A stretch of 64,000 bases of DNA from positions 271,498,001 through 271,562,000 of the forward strand of contig OZ024740.1 of the NCBI GenBank assembly GCA_964016885.1, written 5' to 3'. Of the stretch, positions 39,521 to 53,304 are shown one piece after another (positions within the stretch are counted from its first letter, which is position 1; every line of letters begins with the position of its first letter). The position numbers and the translations under genes are program-made. The notes below the pieces were generated by a model. That model saw nothing but the letters and a program-made list of their open reading frames with translations, was not told the origin of the DNA and made no database searches. This DNA is from Eledone cirrhosa (taxonomy: Eukaryota).

Positions 39521-39940
39521 GTGTGTGCGTACCCCAAAAATGTATACACACCGATTACCTGTACAGGCAATATTTATTAGAATGCTGTTGAAGAGAGTGT
39601 GTGAGAATGTGTATACATACATACACACACACACAAACACTATAATTTTATATGCTGAGGTTAACTTTGCCTTTCATCCTTACAGGGGGTCGATAAAACA
39701 AAGTACCAGTAATACACTGGCGTAATTGCTGGCCTTGTGCCAAATGTAGAAACAATTATATTATACGCACACACATGCATACATACATACACACACACAC
39801 ACACAATGCAGATATCTCAGGTATTTTGAAAAAGAAATGTCTGTCTACACAGGTACATGACCCAAATTATACAGCTATTCTCTATATTATCAACTATTAT
39901 CAGTTTTTTGTATTGTGGTGACTACTAGACGTGTGTGTGC

Positions 39941-39989
<49 letters not shown>

Positions 39990-40082
39990 TACATACATAA
40001 CTGTCTACATACATAAACACATGTATATACAGATATATACATACATCTATACACACATATACATGGACATATGCTGATACAA

Positions 40083-40091
<9 letters not shown>

Positions 40092-40115
<24 letters not shown>

Positions 40116-40352
40116 ATATAATATATATATAATATATATATATATAATATATATATATATATAATATATATATATATAATATATATATATATAATATATA
40201 ATATATATATAATATATAATATATATATATATATAATATATATATATATAATATATAATATATATATAATATATATATATATATAATATATATATATATA
40301 TAATATATATATATAATATATAATATATATATAATATATATATATAATATAT

Positions 40353-40386
<34 letters not shown>

Positions 40387-40483
40387 ATATATATATATAT
40401 ATATAATATATATATAATATATATATATATATAATATATAATATATATATATAATATATAATATATATATATATATAATATAT

Positions 40484-40566
<83 letters not shown>

Positions 40567-40582
40567 TATATATAATATATAG

Positions 40583-40637
<55 letters not shown>

Positions 40638-40754
40638 ATATATATATAATATATATATATATAATATATAGATATATATATATATATATATATAATATAT
40701 ATATAATATATATATATATAATATATATATAATATATATATATATAATATATAG

Positions 40755-40813
<59 letters not shown>

Positions 40814-40940
40814 TATATATATATAATATATATATATATAATATATATAATATATATATATATAATATATAATATATAATATATATATATAATATATATA
40901 ATATATAATATATATAATATATATATATATAATATATATA

Positions 40941-40987
<47 letters not shown>

Positions 40988-41036
40988 ATATATATATATA
41001 TATATATATAATATATATATAATATATATATATATA

Positions 41037-41099
<63 letters not shown>

Positions 41100-41151
41100 A
41101 TATATATAATATATATATATATATATAATATATATAATATAATATATATAT

Positions 41152-41183
<32 letters not shown>

Positions 41184-41185
41184 AT

Positions 41186-41231
<46 letters not shown>

Positions 41232-41285
41232 TATAATATATATATATATAATAATATATATATATATATATATAATATATATAAG

Positions 41286-41317
<32 letters not shown>

Positions 41318-41323
41318 TATATA

Positions 41324-41398
<75 letters not shown>

Positions 41399-41415
41399 AT
41401 ATAAATATATTATAT

Positions 41416-41449
<34 letters not shown>

Positions 41450-41462
41450 ATATATATATATA

Positions 41463-41515
<53 letters not shown>

Positions 41516-41626
41516 ATATATATATATATATATATAATATATATATATATAATATATATATATATAATATATAATATATATATATAATATATAATATATA
41601 TATTATATAATATATAATATATATAT

Positions 41627-41685
<59 letters not shown>

Positions 41686-41881
41686 TATAATATATATATA
41701 TATAATATTATATATATATATATAATATATATATAATATATATATATATAATATATATAATATATATATATATTATATATATTTATAATATATATATAAA
41801 TATATAAATATATATATTATATATATATATATTTATATATTTATATATATATATATAAATATATATAATATATATATATAT

Positions 41882-41916
<35 letters not shown>

Positions 41917-41974
41917 ATAATATATATATATATATTATATATATTATATTATATATATATATATATATATATAT
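40092..41974. repeat. About 1.9-kb imperfect (TA)n/(TAA) tract
   Basis: Almost only A and T; runs into the gap. Confidence 0.95.
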
Positions 41975-42174
41975 NNNNNNNNNNNNNNNNNNNNNNNNNN
42001 NNNNNNNNNNNNNNNNNNNNNNNNNNNNNNNNNNNNNNNNNNNNNNNNNNNNNNNNNNNNNNNNNNNNNNNNNNNNNNNNNNNNNNNNNNNNNNNNNNNN
42101 NNNNNNNNNNNNNNNNNNNNNNNNNNNNNNNNNNNNNNNNNNNNNNNNNNNNNNNNNNNNNNNNNNNNNNNNNN
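41975..42174. other. Assembly gap (200 N)
   Basis: Run of N. Confidence 1.
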
Positions 42175-43516
42175 GCATTATTTTCCCCATGTAGTGAACT
42201 TAGTTGGGTCTAAGTTCACTACATGTACTTCAAAGCAAATATCTGCCTTCAAAACTATAGTTTTAAAGAAGTTCTGTAAGATAAATATATACATACATAT
42301 ATATATATATATATAAATAATATACATATATATATATTATATATATTATATATATATATTATATATATACTGATCCAGATAGAACAAGGCTGTTGTCCAT
42401 CACATTATATTGCTATATGTACCAAACATTCCTACTTTCTCATGTGTGTGTATGTGTATGGCATGTGTGGTGTGTGTGCGCATAGTGTGTGTGTGTGTGG
42501 TGTATAAAAGGATATGGTTGGAAGAAAAGAGTAAGGGGATGAATAGAAAGAAGAGAAAATAAAGTAAAAGGTGGTGTGCGTGTATGGTGAGGTGTATATA
42601 AGGATGTAGTTGATGGAGGAAGGGAAAGAAAGAGTGAGAAGATGAGTAGAAAGATAGAAGAAAAGAATGAAAAGTAAAAGACAAGCATTCCTCAAAGACC
42701 CAATGCCAACCCACGAACATGGAACAACTTCCTCGAAAACTGCAGCACATCAAAACAAAAATGAATAGCAATAAACAGAGTGAGAGGAGGAAATGGTTTG
42801 GCTTCCTTTATTTTTATTATTTTTTGTTTTGTTCTGTTTAGTTTTTCTTTTCTTTCATAAAAGGGGAATGAACTAGCTGGGTTCTAACTGTAAAAAAATC
42901 AAGAGAAAATAGTACCCAGTGAGTCCATGAGAGTGGACTAAGAATCTGTGGAACAAGGGAAGAGGCGAGAATTTCTCACAATTAACAGTGAGAAGAAAGA
43001 AAGAAAGAATTTCAGCAAAGGTGGGAATGTTTCCATTCAAGAAAAAGCACATTTCAGCAAGTACGGGAATGTTTCCATTAAACGAGAGCGCATGGAGGGG
43101 AAAAAAATATATATATAGAAATACCAGCTACATCTTCATTACCTTTCAAGGTATGAGAAAAGCAATATAAATTAAACCATTGATAATTATTACAAGTTCG
43201 TTTTCAGGAAACAAACATTTTCTAACAACAACGGCAAGTGAAGAGAGAACAGGTGCAGCACTGTTGAATGCTCGATTCCAATGCTGGAACAACCAATGCC
43301 TGGTTGCAATGCTAGTCAGCACAACTTTAAAGAAAATGACTCTGTTTTAGACACAAAAAAACAGAATTGGTCAGTTTCTTTTCCGCTCTCCTTCCTGCTA
43401 GTAAAGCCGATGACAGCAAAGATCCAGCAATAAATTAGTTTTATTATTATTATTATTATTAGCTGGTTCAATTAACTGGCTAAATTTGAAGCTTCATCTG
43501 CAACCAGACACAGAGA

Positions 43517-43597
43517 CTAGGCTAGGTAACTGTACACATCTTTCTGGCCATCAACTCTCTCCAAGTATTCTTTCTCAATAAGATTATCGATGCATTT
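43517..43597 (-). CDS. CUL1: Cullin-1, last coding exon
   Basis: cag|[26 protein letters not shown]; matches the CUL1 C-terminus. Confidence 0.95.
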   Translation of the reverse strand, partial: KCIDNLIEKEYLERVDGQKDVYSYLA

Positions 43598-44593
43598 CTG
43601 GAGAGGAAAAAAAAAAAAGAGGAAATATTAATAAACATCAAAAGCAAAAAGATTCTGAACAATCGTTTTAAGTCCTTTTACATTCTGAATTCAAATCTTA
43701 CTTGTGTACACTTGGCTCTTTTATCTTTTCAGGGTTAATAACAATAAGTACTGGGGTTAGTGTTATCAACTACGAGGGTCAGCTGAAAAGATCATAGACT
43801 GACTATGAAAGAGTGATGCTAGAGCTGTGAAATCTTGCATGCATTAATTTCAACTCTTTTTATGAATAACTGCATTGTTTCTTTCCAGGGAAAAATAAAA
43901 CTCATTTGGTCATTCCATGAGTATCTTGGTCAGCCTATGAATCTTTCAGCTGACCTTCATATATACAAATATTAACATATACACATACACATAAACCTAC
44001 ACACAAAGCCATTTTTTTTTAATATAATTATTGTGATCAATTATTAGTCATCTGTGTTGTGACAACTACATTTCAAATTCCAAACTTTCCCAATGCTTCT
44101 TAAATCAATCGGATGTATACACTTCTAGCTACAGGCTTAAATTTTTCTACAAGATGGCAATCGGTGTCCAAAGCCTTAGATAATGGCTAATGCATTCACA
44201 AGGCATCCAAGATATGTGGGGCCCAATTCCATACAGGTGCCTCTAACCACTTTTCCTATCATCATCATCACCATTTAATGTCCATTTAATGTCCATTTTC
44301 CACGCTAGCATGGGTCGGACGGTTTTGTCCCACTTGAGGTGAGATTGGTGGGGAGACCGTGTCTTGCTCATTCAGGACTGTCTCTGGCAGGTTTTCTAAC
44401 ACCAACCACATTTACAGGGTGGAGCCTTTTTACCATGTCTCCTACATGACCACTTTACAGTGTGGGCTGGGTACTTTTTGTCATGTCACCTAAACGACCA
44501 CTTTATCTTTATGGTAACTTAATTTTTTTTAAACTATTATTTATAGTGACCAATTATTATTAAAGTCATCAGCATTGGGACAATTACATCTCA

Positions 44594-44638
<45 letters not shown>

Positions 44639-45605
44639 ACACGACAAAAAATACCCAGTCCCCCCTTTAAAGTGGTTGCGTTGATGACAACAAAAAGCAC
44701 CCAGTCCACCCTGTGAAGTAGGAGTGTTGGTGACAAAAATGTACCCAGTCCACCCAGTAAAGTGGGCATGGTAGTGACAACGAAAAAGTACCCAGTCTAA
44801 CCCGTCAGTTGGTTGTTTTAGTGCCACAATAAAAAGCACCCAGACCACACTGTAAATGTAGTTGGCATTAGGAAAGGTATCCAGCCATAGAAACGAAGCC
44901 AGAAACAGTTCTGTTATGAGCAAGACAGTCACCTGATTTGACTTGTCTCACAACGGTCTATTTTGAATATATATATATGTTTGGACCTGTGACTCCTGGT
45001 GGAGTTGTAAGGGTTGCCATATTGACAAATGGCATTTCTTTTCTAACCCTGGTGGAGCCCGTACCCTCTCCAATTTTGACTGCTTCCAGTCAATTTTGAT
45101 TCTTCACATTTGTATATAAATGTGTGTATGTGTGTGTGCCATCATCATCATACACAAAGTACACTCCAGCGGTTTTTGAGACTATATATATATACATATA
45201 AGCCACTAGTTCTTTGAATTAACACCACATTTCAGATCTTGGCATATCAACCAATTATCAAGGTAAACTTGGTAATTAAAATCCCCCATTATATTTCCGT
45301 TTTTCTGTTCAAGCTCTATCTCCCTGATGAGGTCATAACTGTTGAATTATGGTTATCACCAAAATATATATTGCAGCGAATATGAATAAACAAAGTTAAT
45401 TTTAACCTGTTGACTTACACTTGTTTTTTATATATATTATATATATATATATATATACACATGGTAACCCATGCATGTATAGAAAATAGATGTAAAACAG
45501 TGATGATGATGACTCCTACATGTATATACAACTGCACTAAAATGAAAACCTTTCTATAATAAAACATTAGTAACACAAATACTGTAACTATACAATACCA
45601 CTGAC

Positions 45606-45719
45606 CTTGATAAGAGGAACTTTAGGTTTAAAATGTGATGACACCTGAGTACAAACTTCTTGTAAAAGGTTTTGATGTTTCAACTCTTTTCTCATCTTCA
45701 TAATTCTGACGATAGCAGC
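45606..45719 (-). CDS. CUL1: Cullin-1 exon with neddylation site
   Basis: AG..GT; [38 protein letters not shown]; NEDD8-acceptor Lys codon at 45696-45698. Confidence 0.95.
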
Positions 45720-46442
45720 CTAAAATTGAATTGGTAGATATTATCAATTTGCCAATATTATTTATTATACCTCATACCTCAAAAAAATTAATATTTCAAT
45801 TTGTTTTATTGTCTGTTTTCTTTTTCTTCAATTTATTTCATATATCTATTTATTTTTTATTTTAGTTTTCTAATAGATTTAGGAATTAGTGGTCTTTTTT
45901 CATATTAAGATGTTCGTTGCATTGTCATAGAGTGCACAAGCCTGTACACACATTACACAGATTTCATTAATATTTTTTTGGGGGGGGGGGGGGTGAAACG
46001 ATTGACAAGATCCTAAACCTCATTCTTACCAAGTGGGATGGAACATCAAAAACCAAAGAAACAAAGTTTACGTTAATCCTTACGTTAATACTATCTACTG
46101 GTCGCAACTCCTGGCAGAAGGAGCAACGTGAAATAAAGTGTCTTGCTCAAGGACATAAAGCATCACCCGATCTGGAAATTGAACTCGTAACCTCACGATT
46201 GTGAATCTAATTCTTTATTCGCTACGCCACGTGACTTTACTCAATTTTACTTAATAAACCTATAAGTATTCAAATTCAAAATATATTCTAGAAATGCAAG
46301 CGATGCAATTCATTACCACAATATCTGAACATCTTCAGCAATTACATTTTGAATTATTTGCAAACATCCAGACATGTAAAACATCTAGGCATATAAATAT
46401 ATAAACATGTAACCATCTAGATATATGAAGATCTAGAGATAT

Positions 46443-46876
46443 AACCATCTAGACATGTAACCATCTAGACATGTAACCATCTAGACATGTAACCATCTAG
46501 ACATGTAACCATCTAGACATGTAACCATCTAGGCATGTAACCATCTAGACATGTAACCATCTAGACATGTAACCATCTAGACATGTAACCATCTAGACAT
46601 GTAACCATCTAGACATGTAACCATCTAGGCATGTACCCATCTAGGCATGTAACCATCTAGACATGTAACCATCTAGACATGTAACCATCTAGACATGTAA
46701 CCATCTAGACATGTAACCATCTAGGCATGTAACCATCTAGGCATGTACCCATCTAGGCATGTAACCATCTAGACATGTAACCATCTAGACATGTAACCAT
46801 CTAGGCATGTACCCATCTAGGCATGTAACCATCTAGACATGTAACCATATAGACATGTAACCATCTAGACATGTAA
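46443..46876. repeat. 16-bp minisatellite (AACCATCTAGACATGT), about 27 copies
   Basis: Direct tandem array in a CUL1 intron; degenerate units from about 46370. Confidence 0.95.
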
Positions 46877-47070
46877 ACAATTGAACCCAACCCTATTCTA
46901 AATCCATTATCTATCCAAATACACATCTGATCTAATTACACAGTAGAAGCCAGAAAATCCCTTTTTTTTTTGTTTTCTTTGCCGAGTTATCAATTCATTA
47001 TAATTTGGATTGTTCCTGTTAACAACTACTACTACTTTTCCTTTTCTAATTAATTACTTTAATTGTTTAA

Positions 47071-47266
47071 CCCTTTAGCATTTAAACCAGTTGTATCTAT
47101 CCAGAATTCTCTCACCTCTTTCTGTTCAAACCAGTCATAACTGGATGTTAAGTTATTGTTCTCAAAATAAATAATATCAAAATCTCATAGATTCAATATT
47201 ATGTGAGACAAAGCCTTTACTGTGAAAATACAATAGTATATATAGAGTAACGTGAGTGGTAAAGGG
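47071..47266. mobile_element. piggyBac-type MITE (TTAA target duplication)
   Basis: TTAA-ccctttagcattta...aaaggg-TTAA; other copies at 47952-48156, about 48433-48851 (SINE-interrupted) and 57320-57538. Confidence 0.75.
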
Positions 47267-48546
47267 TTAAAGCCTAGCCAATGTTTCATATATGTGATAT
47301 TTTCTTCCAATTAGTCACATATATGAAAACAAAACAAAAAAAATTTTAATCATATTTTCCTCTTTCTGTATAAAAACCACCAATTTGGAGTATTCACTAA
47401 TACCAAAGATATACTCTATATATTTGAATATAATCCGATACAAATATAAGCCAACCCCACTATTTGGGCAAAAATCCTAAACTTATTTACATAGAATTTG
47501 AAGCTGGTGAAAATCGTCAAAATATTGGCCCCAAATATAAACTAGCCTCTCCTCCTACCATCGATTTATATTCAAGTATATACGGTAATACTAATATACA
47601 TAGAAACTATGGAAACACATATCGGTTAACTGGTCTTTCAGTGATCAGACAATTATTAATGCTTTTGTTACCATGTTTCTAATAAAAACACTGCCTATTA
47701 TTTTCAGATAATTTTGAAAATAATAAAGAATTAAGAGATTCCTCAGAATCAAGCTGATATTTGGAACATACTTTATCCAATGTTCTTACATAAAATCATG
47801 ATGAAAGCTTTTAAGAAATAAAAACACTTTAAAATAAACAGCTTATTATTTGAAAAGTAAAGGATATTTTAATATGTACATTGTTATATCTTGCACACAT
47901 ATATATTGAACTAAACACAAAACCAAAAACTGGTCTAGATCCTTTATTTAACCCTTTAGCATTTACATTACTATATTTACTATTGTATTTTCGCAGTAAA
48001 GGCTTTATCTCACATAATATCAAATCTATGAGATTGATTTTGATGTTACTTTGAGAACAATACCTTAACATCAATCAGTATGAGCAGCCGGTTACAGCCA
48101 GTTTGAACAGAAAGAGAGAATTCTGGCTGGATACGGCCGATTTAAATGCTAAAGGATTAAATATTTTGTTAATTGTTGGTACTTTGGTTGAAACCAGAGG
48201 GTTAAATGTTTTGCAAGAAGTTGAACTCCAATAAACCTACATACACTGAAACATCAAGGAACTAAGATATGCACAGAGTCAATTTCTGCTGCAATGCCAC
48301 ACCAAAACCTTTAGCCAAATCAAGAGACCAGGCAGTTATGTGGGTAGAACACATCAATGTTGTTAGATTAAACTACATGATAAAGTCTAAAATCTCCAAC
48401 ATACTGCTGGCCATCAATCATAAATACTATAACCCTTTATCATTTAAATCAGCCATATCCGGCCAGAATTTTCTCACCTCTTAATGTTCAAACCGGCTGT
48501 AATTGGCCACTCAAAGATGTTAAGATATTGTTCTCAAAATAAATAA

Positions 48547-48732
48547 TTGTTTCTACTTTAGGCACAAGGCCAGCAATTACCCAGTGCATTACTGGTACTT
48601 TATTTTATCAACCCCATAAGGATGAAAGGCAAAGTCAACCTCGGCGGGATTTGAACTCAGATCGTAAAGGGACGTAACTATGCTGGAAAGCATGGCGTCC
48701 GACCCTCTACTGATACTGCCAATCCACCACCC
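48547..48732 (-). mobile_element. SINE family A with target-site duplication, nested in a piggyBac-type MITE
   Basis: ttctcaaaataaataat duplicated at 48531 and 48733. Confidence 0.85.
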
Positions 48733-48931
48733 TTCTCAAAATAAATAATATCAAAATCTCAGATTCGATATTATGCAAGATAATTATGTGAGGTAAAGCC
48801 TTTACCGTGAAAATATAATAGTAAATATAGAATAATGTAAATGCTAAATGGTTAAACTGTCTTATATCTGACTGAACATAACTATTTAGGGATACACATA
48901 AATGAAAGTCAACCATACATGAATAACCAAC

Positions 48932-49037
48932 CTGAATGTGAAGTTTTCTGTCTTCTTCAATGTTTTTATGAGTTATTTCATGCTCAACTTTCTCTTCAGT
49001 TTTCATTGGGATGTTGATATTAACTCGGAACTTTTTA
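48932..49037 (-). CDS. CUL1: Cullin-1 exon
   Basis: AG..GT; (N)[35 protein letters not shown]. Confidence 0.95.
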
Positions 49038-49697
49038 CTGAAAAAAAGATATAAAATTTTGAAATTCAACCAGTTTTATGAAATTCTCTCTCTCTCTAAA
49101 CAGTGTACATGATAAAGAGGGTGTGTGTGTGTGTGTATCATCATCATTATTTTACGTCCGCTTTTCCCTTTTTGCAGGGGTGGGACGGGAACTGATTCTG
49201 GCTCGATTTCTACAGCTAGATGCCCTTACAACCTCATTTACAGTGAGTGCTGGGTGCTTTTTTTTCCGTGGCGCCTACACGTCCACTTTACAGTGTGGGC
49301 TGGGTGCTTTTTTTTTTTTTGCCGTGGCACCTCCACAACCACTTTGCAGTGGAATGATAGGGACCCCAGTCCTATCATCTCATTTCTACAGCTGAGTAAA
49401 CTGGAGCAATGTGAAACAACACATCACCCGGTCTGAGAATTGAACTCACAACCTTTCGATTGCAAGGCCAATGCTCTCACCACTAAGCCATGTGCCTCCA
49501 TCCATATATACATACTGTAAATATATATATACTGTAAATGTGGTTGGTGTTAGGAAGGGTATCCAACCGTAAAAAACCTACCAGATAGTCCTATACAAGC
49601 AAGAAACGGTCACCCGACCAATCTTACCTCAAATGGGACAATTCCCGTCTAACCCATGCTAGCATGGAAGATAGACGTTAAACAATAATGATGATGA

Positions 49698-49757
<60 letters not shown>

Positions 49758-50106
49758 CCTTTCTGTTACCATATTTTTAATGAAATATACTGCCCATTAT
49801 TTTCAAATAATTTTGAAAATAATCAAGAATTTAGAGGAATTTAGTAATATAAGTGGTGAGATGACAGAATTGCTAGAACTTCAGATTAAATGCCTTGGTA
49901 GTTGTTCCATCCCTCTGCACACCAAGTTCAAATTCTGCCTTTCATCTTATTGGGGTTGATAAATGATGTACCAATCCATGGTAAAGAGTTAAAGAGTCAT
50001 ATGAGATGTTATACAGAATCTGTTCTGTGTTCAAATCTCGCCTCCAGTCTCTCGAAAGGAGTTGCGACCAGCAGATAATATAGTATAAGCAACAACCAAT
50101 GAAAAC

Positions 50107-50403
50107 TATTTAAAATAATAATAATAATAATGAAATTATTGTGTACAGTGCTCAGGTACACTACAACACATCAAAGGTGCATGTATAGTACACAGAATAA
50201 TGTACAAATGTTAAGAAAGTGAACAGTGTATGAGTCATGATATACATGTGTGCATGTGTATGGAGGGGGAATATCAGGTGTAGTGTTGGTGAATTTCGGG
50301 AAGCATGGAGGTTTTAAAGGATGCAGTGTCTCAGCAGCTAACAACTGATGCAGGTAGTTTGTTCCATGCTTCAGCAACTCTGAGCGTGAAAAAATGTTTC
50401 CAA
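50107..50403 (-). mobile_element. CR1-like LINE 3' end
   Basis: Homologous to 62950-63235; (TTA)n tail. Confidence 0.75.
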
Positions 50404-50458
50404 AAACTAACAACTAAATTTCTCATTATTAAGCTGATGTTTGAGATTTAACAAATTT

Positions 50459-51073
50459 TGTAGTGACCTACATTCCGCGGGCTCACATACATTCTCTATG
50501 CGTGATTTGGCTCAGTTCAGCCAATCAGCGCCAGTAGAAGAGGATGTATCCCTACGCGCCCTGAGGAAGAAATTCCCCGCAAAGATTTAAAGAATCTCGC
50601 TCTTGTACCAGAAACTTCGAGCCAGCAACACGCATAATGTAACGGTGAGATATTGCACCCTAGCCTCGCCGGCTTAACGGCGCAATGGCACATTCCCTTT
50701 TCTAAACTCTTTTTATCTATAACTTCAACCATATAAGTTAACAAACATTGTTTGTGCTACATCAAAAATAAACATACATTTCATCTCTAATTTCTGCTGT
50801 TGAAATCATTATTATGTTACTCGCGTCTCAATAACATCTACAATCCATGCTGCTGGATTTGGCGACCTGACGAAAGGGATATTGTAAATACTAAGATGGT
50901 AAATAGATCGAGGGACCTTCCCTCACGTCTATGTAGACAAGATAATCCAACGAGGATACTATCATCACTTACGACACTGGCAACTAACGAACTTTCATTC
51001 TACTACCTGCTAAGTAACGACCTTCAATTTCTCAACCCTGCTAAAAATTTATTTTATCAGTATATCACTAACA
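50459..51073. mobile_element. Possible solo LTR
   Basis: TGTAGTGA...TCACTAACA termini, flanks aattt/aatgt, CCAAT at 50521, AATAAA at 50767, CpG-richer than surroundings. Confidence 0.45.
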
Positions 51074-51218
51074 AATGTTTTAGTAAAATCATTACATTAC
51101 AGGGGCAAAAAGCAAAACTAATCAAAGCAAGATCCAATCTTTAAAATGCAAAGCTTTATACTAGATACAGTAATGTATTAGGGAGTCACAACTAACTATC
51201 ATTATGATACTGATACAG

Positions 51219-51406
51219 CGGTGGATTGGCAGTATCGGTAGTGAGTCGGACGCCATGCTTTCTAGCATAGTTACGTCCCTTTACAGTCTGAGTTCAAATC
51301 CCGCCGAGGTTAACTTTGCCTTTCATCCTTACGGGGGTCGATAAAATAAAGTACCAGTAATACACTGGGGTAATTGCTGGCCTTGTGCCTAAAGTAGAAA
51401 CAATTC
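51219..51406 (+). mobile_element. Full-length SINE family A with 14-bp target-site duplication
   Basis: tgatactgatacag at 51205-51218 and 51407-51420; A and B boxes intact. Confidence 0.9.
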
Positions 51407-51589
51407 TGATACTGATACAGATCACTGCCGTAAATATAACTCTGTATAATAAAAACAAGTTCCATCTTTAAATCAAAGAAATGTTGGCTCCTTAACCAAG
51501 ATCCCCAATCATTTCAGTCTGCTTTATCAGATTCGATTTAAGCCCTGCTTTTAGTTTGTGATATGTGTTATAAAAAGTCTAAAGTCTGT

Positions 51590-52400
51590 CTCAAGCCCTG
51601 AGGTTCATCAGACTAGAGCTTATCCTAGTTTCCATGGTGTAAAGCAACAAAGTACAAGACTTCCCCTGGACAGGACGCCAGTCCATCACAGGGTTAAACT
51701 CACAGCTATTGCTGGTACTCATTTTCAGCTGAGTATACAAAAGCAACGTGAAATGAAGTGTTTTGCTCAACAACACAACACACAACCCAGTCCAGGAATC
51801 GAACCCACGACATTGTGATCATAAGTCCAACACCCTTACCACTTGACCATGTGTCTCCACCATGCTACATGTTAACGTTGATGAATAAGCTTCACTTGTG
51901 TTGAACTTACCATACTCACCTCCGTTGTACATAGTGGCTCAACTTAGAAGCCAAATCCCACCTTACCATCTTTAAAGAAAAAAAAGGACATATCAGACGA
52001 TATAGTCCCTTCTATAGACAAAAATAAAGACAGGCTGGTCACAGTTGCTCAATCAGGCCTGACAATGGCTAATTAACATCCACTATTAGAATGGTATATC
52101 AAGTACGCCACAGTACACAACAAACACTAAGGTCTGTCTTGAACACTGAGGCTCATTAAGCCAATGCTTATCCCAGTTTCCATGGTGACAGAGTACAAGA
52201 CTCCTCCCTGGATAGGACGCCAGCCCATCACACGGTTAAACCCACAGCTACAAGTAGTATTCATTTCAGCTGAGTATACTGGAGCAACATGAAATGAAGT
52301 GTTTTGCTCAAGAACACAACACACAACTCAGTCCAGGAATCGAACCGACAACATTATGATTGTAAGTCCAACATCCTTACCACTAGGCCACCCGCCTCCA
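51590..52400 (-). mobile_element. Two copies of tRNA-derived SINE family B
   Basis: About 51590-51860 and 52140-52400; ggttcgattcc B-box and gagcaaaacacttcatttca core; relatives at 37320-37515, 46095-46240, 49380-49500, 59497-59845, 63430-63590. Confidence 0.75.
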
Positions 52401-52547
52401 CTACACAACAACAGCAATAAAAGATATCAAGATCTGTTCTCACTCTATATACGACATTTCTAAATACAAATACATTTATTCTTATAATAAAATTAAAACA
52501 CCAAGAGCTCTCAATTTGAAGATACATTACTATAAAGACAGTCTTAC

Positions 52548-52666
52548 TTGTTATAATTCGAATATATGCTTAATTGAGCATTTGGTAGAAGATCATTCTC
52601 ATCATCAACGTCTGTGATGAGCAGCTTGGTTTTCAGCAGAATCTTTAATACTTGAAGGAGTGTATC
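52548..52666 (-). CDS. CUL1: Cullin-1 exon
   Basis: AG..GT; DTLLQVLKILLKTKLLITDVDDENDLLPNAQLSIYSNYN plus AA. Confidence 0.93.
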
Positions 52667-53304
52667 CTAAGTAAAAAAAAATAAATCTCTTAGAAACAGA
52701 TTTAGATTTGATATCCATTAACTAGAATGTATATATTGCAATCAAAATAAATTATCATCTAAAGCCAACAGGGAGACCTCTACATGGTTGCATTAGGCTG
52801 TTAGAAATAGCAACCAAATCCCCCTCATATTACATCCTACCAACAGAAAAAAACATATTGGATAATGTTGTCCTAGATAAATTATAGGAGGGTTGGCTGA
52901 AAAGTTCATAGGCTGACCAAGATACTCATGAAATGACCAAATGAGGACTATTTTTCAACATAGCTCCTGGAAAGAAACAATGCAGTCATTAATAAGAGTT
53001 GAAATTATTGCATGCAATATTTCACAGCTCTAACATCACTCTTTCATAATCAGCCTAGGAACTTTTCAGCTGTCCCTCGTATCTAAAAAAAAAAATGGGA
53101 TGGTCACTGCTGGAATATATTTTCATCACATGTCCTCTCTGTTACCACAAATAGAATTTATTTTAAAAAACCATTTCTTTAGATACATGTCATAATATAC
53201 TGATGTTGCATAGCCTAGGGTTAACTGAATGATCAGCCAAATCTATGATCAAAGTGTTTTAGTTGTGACCATCAACATCTTATTTTCACACAGTGCATCC
53301 AAGA

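Noticed and set aside
43440-43445. CUL1 polyadenylation signal (AATAAA on minus strand)
   Set aside because: At the edge of a (TTA)n run in AT-rich DNA; cannot be separated from chance without transcript data
46443-46876. CRISPR-like array
   Set aside because: Contiguous 16-bp units without unique spacers; no cas genes
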